DNA from: an uncultured virus (IMG/VR IMGVR_UViG_3300037466_004244)
Lineage: Duplodnaviria; Heunggongvirae; Uroviricota; Caudoviricetes
Direction: 5' to 3' (one strand)
Virus record (IMG/VR): IMGVR_UViG_3300037466_004244
DNA length: 20,000 bases
The notes under the pieces: generated by a model
The model's database searches: none
Told to the model about the DNA's origin: nothing
What the model saw: the letters and a program-made list of their open reading frames with translations, nothing else
In this document: positions 14,851-20,000 of the stretch, piece after piece
How the letters are laid out: every line of letters begins with the position of its first letter
How positions within the stretch are numbered: the first letter of the stretch is position 1
Program-made: the position numbers and the translations under genes

Positions 14851-15268
14851 CCCCTTCGCCACCGATCCCCCGTGGCCGCGTATCGCCGTTGTGGACCGCT
14901 CGAAGCGGAAGGCGAAGGACAAGCGGCCGATCGTTCTCGTGACCGGCGGCCGCGACTACGCCGACGCCGCCCGCGTGGACGCCGTCCTCTCCGAGATCCG
15001 CCCCGGCCTGCTGATCGAGGGCGGCGCGCGGGGCCTCGACACGCTGGTCCGCGAGTGGGGCGAGCGCAACGGGGTCCACGTCTGCGAGGTCCGGGCGCTC
15101 TGGGACGCCTACGGGAAGCGCGCCGGGCCGGTCCGGAACGGGGTCATGGTGGAACTCGCGCGGCGACTCGGCGCCCGGCTGGTCGCGTTCCCCGGAGGCA
15201 CGGGGACGGCAGACTGCGTGGAGAAGGCGCGGGTGGCGGGACTGGACGTCACGGTCGTCGGTCCGTAA
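14843..15268 (+). CDS. SLOG-superfamily protein (DUF2493/YspA-related)
   Basis: VLVTGGRDY...IEGGARGLD...YGKRAGPVRN...LVAFPGGTGTAD. Confidence 0.9.
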   Translation: MPDPFATDPPWPRIAVVDRSKRKAKDKRPIVLVTGGRDYADAARVDAVLSEIRPGLLIEGGARGLDTLVREWGERNGVHVCEVRALWDAYGKRAGPVRNGVMVELARRLGARLVAFPGGTGTADCVEKARVAGLDVTVVGP

Positions 15269-15318
15269 AGGACACGCCCCGCGCGCTGTCCTTGAAGTCT
15301 AAAGGACAGCCCGCGCGC
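15266..15318. repeat. Triple AAGGACA repeat at convergence of two operons
   Basis: AAGGACA 15268-15274; GCTGTCCTT 15285-15293; 8-nt spacer GAAGTCTA; AAGGACAGC 15302-15310. Confidence 0.75.
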
Positions 15319-15321
15319 ACC

Positions 15322-15525
15322 TCAGGACGGGTCCTCCAGCAACTCCCCCGGAATCGCCCGCTCCGGCACAGGCGGCAGGGGCTCCATCTCCAGCTCATCG
15401 AGCAGCCGCTCGAGGTTGAAGAGGGCGCGCTCGATCCGCGCGTGCGTGACGGGGTCGAGGTGGGCACCGTCGAGCGCCGCGAACGCCTCGTCGAGTTGCC
15501 GGCGCATCGTCGCGTCGGGCTTCAC
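15322..15525 (-). CDS. Small helical hypothetical protein
   Basis: GTGA overlap with the VOC stop; MKPDATMRRQLDEAFAALD... Confidence 0.65.
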   Translation of the reverse strand: MKPDATMRRQLDEAFAALDGAHLDPVTHARIERALFNLERLLDELEMEPLPPVPERAIPGELLEDPS

Positions 15526-15980
15526 GGCCGATCCCGGTGGGGCGGCAGGCGGTGGTCCTCGTAGAAGCGGACCAGGTCCGCGTCGGGGAGCAGGCGCGCG
15601 CGGTGCCACGCGTCCCGGTCGAGGATGTCCGCGAGCTCGTCCAGCATCGCCGCACGCTGGCGGGCCGCGCCGCTCTCGACCACGCCCACCCGGTTGCCCT
15701 CGGTGTCGAGCAGCTCGAGCAGCCCGTCGCGCGGCTTCCCGAGGCGCTTCCCGCCCGCGGCCTCGCCACGGCGGCGCGCGTCGTCGAGCGAGGCGACCGG
15801 GATGATGATCAGGGGCCCGGCCGTCGTCGGCTGGTGCCCGGGGCGCAGGCGGAACGCGACGCCATCCGCGCCGCGCAGGGTCGTCTCGTCGAGCGCCACG
15901 AGCCCGAGCGCCTCGTAGAAGCGTCGGGCGCGCGCGGTGTCGAGGACGGGGATGCCGAACGCGATGATGTCGCCGTGCAT
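15522..15980 (-). CDS. VOC/glyoxalase-family protein with short C-terminal extension
   Basis: IPVLDTARARRFYEALG...VASLDDARRRGEAAGG...LLDTEGNRVGV; start reassigned to ATG 15980. Confidence 0.8.
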   Translation of the reverse strand: MHGDIIAFGIPVLDTARARRFYEALGLVALDETTLRGADGVAFRLRPGHQPTTAGPLIIIPVASLDDARRRGEAAGGKRLGKPRDGLLELLDTEGNRVGVVESGAARQRAAMLDELADILDRDAWHRARLLPDADLVRFYEDHRLPPHRDRP

Positions 15981-16031
15981 CTGGGGGGAGGGTAGCGCGG
16001 CGAACGACGGGCCGCTGCCGACGGGGACGGG

Positions 16032-16225
16032 GTGTGGAGATGTGTGGAGAAACTGAGGAGAACCGGGCTCGTCCGGGCGGCGATTCCGGCTCTCCACATC
16101 GCTCCAAATTGACGTCAAGTGGTTGAAATCACATGGCTTCCCGCATGTGGCGGGACAGATATGCCCTGACTCCAGATCAGCCACGAACGCCGGCAATCGC
16201 GGGGTGGATCTCTCCACTGTGGAGA
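16032..16225. other. Putative attachment site (attP-like) with arm-type repeats and IHF-like site
   Basis: GTGGAGA-type repeats at 16032-16040, 16042-16050, 16091-16098 (inverted), 16211-16217 (inverted) and 16218-16225. Minus-strand TTTCAACCACTTG (16116-16128) approximates WATCAAN4TTR. Abuts the integrase stop. Confidence 0.65.
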
Positions 16226-17455
16226 TCAGCCGGTTCCCGAACGGAACGCGATCACGACGCCGAGGCGCGCGGCCGACACTGCTTCGTCCTGGTCCTCGAA
16301 CGTCGGCTGCTGGTACACGGCGTTCATCTCCTCGCTGTGCCCCTGCTGCGCGGACGCGGTCTTGATCGGCACCTTGCTCCGCGCCATCTCCGTCGCGCAC
16401 CAGCGGCGGATCGCGTGCGAAGTGAACCGCTGATCCTCCCCCGAGAGCTTGAGTCGCTCCGCGACCATGGCGCAGGCGTCCGGCAGCAGTTTCATCAGCC
16501 GGGAGACCGCCGACGCCGGCCGCACCCCGAGCACCCATCGCGCGCGCACCTCGGGGGCGATGGGTCGTGACCGCGTCACGGGGTCGGCCTCCCGATCGCG
16601 CCACGCGCGCAGGACCTCGGCGACCTCCGGGTGGATCGCTGCCGTCCGCTCGCCGGTCTTGCGGTTGCCGACGTAGACTCCGAGCCGGAGCGAGCGTCGG
16701 GCGAGGTCCACGTCGCGCCACTCCATCGCCGCGATCTCCCCGACCCGCGATCCGGTCGCGTACATCAGCCGGACGAGGAGGGCGTACCGCAGGGGGAGGA
16801 CCTCGATCAGCGTGAGGAGCTCCTCGCGGCTGGGCGTGCGCGTGGGGCGGACCGGCTTCGGCTTGAGCAGGTCTGGCTCGAGGTGGCGCAGCGGGCCGAG
16901 TTCGCGCTTGCGGCCCCACTTCCACGCCATCAGGAACACGGCGATGTCGTCGTTGATCGTCTTGTGGGCGTGACCCTGCTCGGCGCGGGCGAGCGCGTAG
17001 TCCTCGAGCGTGGAGCTCCGGACGTCCTCGATCGCCACGTCGCCGATCTGGTGGGGGCTCTCGGCGTTCGCGAGCCGACGCACGGAATGGCCGTACGCCT
17101 TGAAGGACCGGGGCTCGATCTCCTCGGCGGCGAGCCGCTTCCGCTGATGCGCCTTCCACGTCCCGAGGAGCTGGCGCACGTTCGCGACCTCACCGGTCGG
17201 GGTCGGGAGCGCCGGTCGGTCGGGCGCGACGACACCCGGGAGGCCCTTCTTCCGCCGGACGAGCGCGACCTCCGCAATCTGCTCCTTCGTGCCGCGGCCG
17301 AGGGTGAGGTGCCGCGTCTTTCCGCCAGCGGTGTAGTGGCCGCGCCACCACCACCGCGCGTCCCGTGTCGTCGGGGGCCGTTCCGGCTCGAGCGTCATCG
17401 CGGGCTCTCCCGGCAGCGCCGGCAGGTGGATCGGGTCAGGTCGGCGCTCAGCCAT
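16226..17455 (-). CDS. int: Tyrosine recombinase / phage integrase (409 aa)
   Basis: TGSRVGEI (R), RKTG (K), HAIRR (HxxR), QGHS (H), AVYQ (Y); N-terminal arm-binding-like and core-binding regions. Confidence 0.95.
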   Translation of the reverse strand: MAERRPDPIHLPALPGEPAMTLEPERPPTTRDARWWWRGHYTAGGKTRHLTLGRGTKEQIAEVALVRRKKGLPGVVAPDRPALPTPTGEVANVRQLLGTWKAHQRKRLAAEEIEPRSFKAYGHSVRRLANAESPHQIGDVAIEDVRSSTLEDYALARAEQGHAHKTINDDIAVFLMAWKWGRKRELGPLRHLEPDLLKPKPVRPTRTPSREELLTLIEVLPLRYALLVRLMYATGSRVGEIAAMEWRDVDLARRSLRLGVYVGNRKTGERTAAIHPEVAEVLRAWRDREADPVTRSRPIAPEVRARWVLGVRPASAVSRLMKLLPDACAMVAERLKLSGEDQRFTSHAIRRWCATEMARSKVPIKTASAQQGHSEEMNAVYQQPTFEDQDEAVSAARLGVVIAFRSGTG

Positions 17456-17461
17456 CTCCGG

Positions 17462-17491
17462 AGGCTACGTCACGCGCCCCGCGGAGGGCAA
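17462..17491 (-). promoter_or_regulatory. Leaderless promoter for integrase
   Basis: Minus strand TTGCCC-18 nt-TAGCCT-6 nt-ATG. Confidence 0.5.
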
Positions 17492-17496
17492 CCCGA

Positions 17497-17817
17497 TCAC
17501 GGCTCCTCGTAGGCCAGCGTGGACGGAGCGGGCCGACGTCGCGGCGGCGCCTGCGGGCTGTCCTCGGCGCCCATCGCGCGGAGCACGTCGCGCCATCGGT
17601 AGAGGTCGCCGCAGGGACCGGCAAGAACGCGGACGTTGCGCTGGACCCATGCGCGGACGTCGACCTCGCGCCCCGGGATGAGTTCGCAGACGTCGTCGAG
17701 GGAGAGGAGGGCGTCGCCGGTCACGGCCGCCCGGCGGATGTCGCGGAGCCACGGCCGCAGCGCGCGCACGAACGGCGCGAGCCACGACGGGGCCGCGGGG
17801 GATCCGCCGTCCGCCAT
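17497..17817 (-). CDS. Excisionase-like winged HTH protein
   Basis: LLSLDDVCELIPGREVDVRAWVQR...LYRWRDVL; directly upstream of int. Confidence 0.65.
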   Translation of the reverse strand: MADGGSPAAPSWLAPFVRALRPWLRDIRRAAVTGDALLSLDDVCELIPGREVDVRAWVQRNVRVLAGPCGDLYRWRDVLRAMGAEDSPQAPPRRRPAPSTLAYEEP

Positions 17818-18219
17818 CTACGTGCCCTCCCCGCTCGCCTGCGACACGTCCACGAACATCGGAAACGGCAGGTCGCGCCGGAACTGCCGCGCGGTCAGGT
17901 CCACGATGACGCCGTCGATCACGGCGACGACGTGGCCGCTGTCGTGTTCTGGGTGGCCCCACTGGTAGCAGCGCGTCCACGTCGGCAGCGGGTCGGCGTC
18001 CTCGACCATCCCGCGTGCTCCGTCCGGGCGGCAGTAGCCGTACACGAAGTCGAGGTAGAGCAGGTCGCCACGCCCTACCCGCTCGACCAGTTCGCGCGAG
18101 GCGTTGCGGCAGAACCCGGCGCAAGCGTCGTCATCCTCAACCAGGGCGCGGAGCCCGCCGTCGAAGATGCGGTCAAGGTGCGGCTCCACGAGCGCGCGAA
18201 CGGTGGCGATCCGGTCCAT
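17818..18219 (-). CDS. Papain/transglutaminase-fold protein (Cys-His-Asp)
   Basis: AGFCRNAS...GHVVAVIDGVIVDLTARQF; TGATG overlap. Confidence 0.65.
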   Translation of the reverse strand: MDRIATVRALVEPHLDRIFDGGLRALVEDDDACAGFCRNASRELVERVGRGDLLYLDFVYGYCRPDGARGMVEDADPLPTWTRCYQWGHPEHDSGHVVAVIDGVIVDLTARQFRRDLPFPMFVDVSQASGEGT

Positions 18220-18419
18220 CACCCCACCCCCATCACAACACCGACCCGCCCCGGCCGGCCCTGCGTCGGCGCGTGGGTCGCGAGCAGCGCGTACGCCTGC
18301 GGCACGTCGTCTCCGAGGCACAGCACGCGCGCGCCGATCCGGACGTGCCAGCCGCAGGGGCGGACAGTCAGGGGCAGGGCGAGGACGCGGGCGACGAAGA
18401 GGAGGTCGGAGGGGGTCAT
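18219..18419 (-). CDS. Hypothetical protein
   Basis: ATGA overlap, GGAGG SD, 66 aa. Confidence 0.6.
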   Translation of the reverse strand: MTPSDLLFVARVLALPLTVRPCGWHVRIGARVLCLGDDVPQAYALLATHAPTQGRPGRVGVVMGVG

Positions 18420-18988
18420 GCGATCCTCCGAAGCGGCGACCGCGACCACTCGTCCCAAGCGCGCCCTACCCCCCCCGTGCCCGGGAAGAGGTCGACGAAC
18501 GTGTCGCCGGGCTCAGCCCCGAGCGCATCGAACAGCCACCAGCACACGGCTTCCGGCTTCGCGCCCGACAGCCCGCGGCGGAGCGTGATGTTCGCCGACA
18601 CCCAGTCCCGCAGGCGAGGACGCGCGCGGCGGCGGGCCACCTGCTGTGGGTAGCCGGCGGCGATCCAGTCGCGGACCGTCGGCAGGTCACGCCCGCGGCG
18701 ACGGGCTGGCTTGATGTAGATCGGTTCCCACGCGTAGGCCAGCGTGACGTTCGGCTTGAAGCTGGCGAACGGCTTGACCCACGGACAGACGCGGACGCCG
18801 TCGGGGAGCAGCGGGATGACGTACCGCATGGCGTCCAGATCCGCGCCGGACGAGAGCGCCCACCCGTCGCTCGTCGCCTCGAGGTCCGCGATCAGGGCGG
18901 CGTGATCCACTTCGGCGCACCGCGGGTCGTGGCTGTAGTGCTTCACCGCCTGCTTCGGGTAGGGCGGGTCGGCGTAGTGGAGGATCAC
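18416..18988 (-). CDS. Orphan amino-DNA methyltransferase (beta-class motif order)
   Basis: N-terminal YADPPY (motif IV) and C-terminal KP...VDLFPGTG (motifs X-I); GTGA overlap at 18985-18988. Confidence 0.85.
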   Translation of the reverse strand: MILHYADPPYPKQAVKHYSHDPRCAEVDHAALIADLEATSDGWALSSGADLDAMRYVIPLLPDGVRVCPWVKPFASFKPNVTLAYAWEPIYIKPARRRGRDLPTVRDWIAAGYPQQVARRRARPRLRDWVSANITLRRGLSGAKPEAVCWWLFDALGAEPGDTFVDLFPGTGGVGRAWDEWSRSPLRRIA

Positions 18989-19629
18989 CGTCCGCCCCCA
19001 TCCGCCGCGAGGGCAGCGTCCGCGGCCTTCATGGCGGAGCGGGCGGTGTCGGCGTCGCAGAGGCGGCGGCATTCCGTCGGGCGCGTGTCGTCCGGCTCGC
19101 CGTTCCAGCGCTTGAACGTCGCGACCCATAGCGCGGGCTTCCAATAGACGGGGTCCGTCTCGTCCGCGGCGGTCGGCATGGTCCGCTCGACCAGTACCTG
19201 CCAGTCGTCCCGCTCCAGCCACCAGCACGTATCGGCGACGTACCACCCCACCGACGGCGGCTCGCCCTCGCCCCGCTCGTTCGCCAGCGTCGCGGCCAGT
19301 TCGTCGCGCTCCCGCGTGCGCTCGTCCAGCGTGGCGAGGAGGCGGGCGATGTCGTCCGTCTCGTGCCGCCCCACTGGGCGCGACCACTCCGAGCGGGCGT
19401 AGTGCTCGTCTGCAAGAGAACGGCCGGGCTGGTCGTCGAACGCCGACCACGCGCCGTTCCGCCAGTCGCCGCCTGGGCAGTTCCATTCCTCGCGGCCGTG
19501 ATCGACGGCCCCCAGAACCAAGGGGCGGCCGCAGACCCGGCATGGAGGGACCGGCTTGCGCGCGGAGCGGGTTGCGTTGAGCCGCGCGCGGATCTCCTCC
19601 ACCTCGGCGTCGGTCAGGGGCGGGGTCAT
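18985..19629 (-). CDS. Phage protein with Ea22-like helical frame and CxxC insert
   Basis: LTDAEVEEIRAR...CRVCG...DDIARLLATLDE plus coiled coil; ATGA overlap. Confidence 0.65.
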   Translation of the reverse strand: MTPPLTDAEVEEIRARLNATRSARKPVPPCRVCGRPLVLGAVDHGREEWNCPGGDWRNGAWSAFDDQPGRSLADEHYARSEWSRPVGRHETDDIARLLATLDERTRERDELAATLANERGEGEPPSVGWYVADTCWWLERDDWQVLVERTMPTAADETDPVYWKPALWVATFKRWNGEPDDTRPTECRRLCDADTARSAMKAADAALAADGGGR

Positions 19630-20000
19630 CGCTTCTCCAAAAGGTGGGCGCCCCGCTCGATCGCCTCCGCCAGCGCCTCGGGCACGTCCCGCAGGCCGCC
19701 GAGCAGGGAGTCGAGGGCGGATCCGGGCGGGTGCTTCTCGTCGAGTGCCGCGACGGCGTCCAAGGCTTCCTTGAGCCCGCAGCGCGTCGCCTCGCGGTAC
19801 GCCTTCACCCGGCGGATCCGGCTGGGCTGTCCCGCCGCTTGCGACACAATGTCGATGAGCGCGGCAACGAGTTGCCTCGCCTCCCCCGCCTCGACCTGCC
19901 ACCGCGTCCGCTCCTGCCGCTCCCGGGTGAGGTCGGCGGCGTAGGCGTCGCGCTCGGCGATCAGTTCGCGGAACCCGAGCCGGAAGAGGATCCGGTGCCC
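19626..20000 (-). CDS. Partial gene (5' end outside window) with ribosomal bL12 CTD-like motif
   Basis: The frame is open to the window edge. RIRRVKAYREATRCGLKEALDAV resembles the L7/L12 consensus KI.[20 protein letters not shown]. Confidence 0.65.
   Translation of the reverse strand, partial: GHRILFRLGFRELIAERDAYAADLTRERQERTRWQVEAGEARQLVAALIDIVSQAAGQPSRIRRVKAYREATRCGLKEALDAVAALDEKHPPGSALDSLLGGLRDVPEALAEAIERGAHLLEKR

Larger units (their letters stand above)
1..20000. mobile_element. Temperate phage/prophage segment (whole window)
   Basis: Tyrosine integrase, Xis-like gene, att-like repeats, tail-fibre-like gene, endolysin candidate, Ea22-like genes, orphan MTase and many short coupled ORFs. 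No housekeeping genes seen. Confidence 0.93.

Noticed and set aside
16140..16215. Complete tRNA-Trp gene
   Set aside because: Only an anticodon-arm-like hairpin is present; no GTTC T-loop, D-arm or acceptor stem.
16032..16225. CRISPR array
   Set aside because: Repeats are 7-9 bp, in both orientations and irregularly spaced; no cas genes in the window.
15981..17159. N-terminal extension making a 545-aa VOC fusion
   Set aside because: It overlaps the integrase out of frame and crosses the att repeats; only the part from ATG 15980 looks like protein.
18416..18988. Restriction-modification system
   Set aside because: No adjacent endonuclease; looks like an orphan phage MTase.

Overview
This is a very GC-rich temperate phage or prophage segment, densely packed with translationally coupled genes (ATGA/GTGA/TGATG overlaps). 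All family calls come from motifs read by eye; no database search was run. Left end (1-2130, minus strand): a moron-like block with a putative PD-(D/E)XK-like nuclease plus helical-repeat partner, an RHH regulator, two tiny membrane peptides, and a small HNH nuclease behind a structured intergenic region. 2271-6904 (plus): tail-fibre-like gene and a lysis-type module with an L,D-transpeptidase-fold endolysin candidate. 6901-11299: small accessory genes (RHH cassette, Zn-finger proteins, Ead/Ea22-like). 11406-15268 (plus): accessory operon led by a stand-alone RNA polymerase alpha-CTD homologue and containing DUF488-like, cREC receiver and SLOG proteins. 15322-20000 (minus): VOC protein, attP-like site, tyrosine integrase, Xis-like HTH, papain-fold protein, beta-class DNA methyltransferase, and a partial gene with a ribosomal L7/L12 CTD motif. 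The most interesting signals are the two host-machinery mimics (alpha-CTD, bL12), the possible anti-phage moron at the left end, the nucleotide-processing operon, an apparently intact attP, and repeated leaderless promoters.
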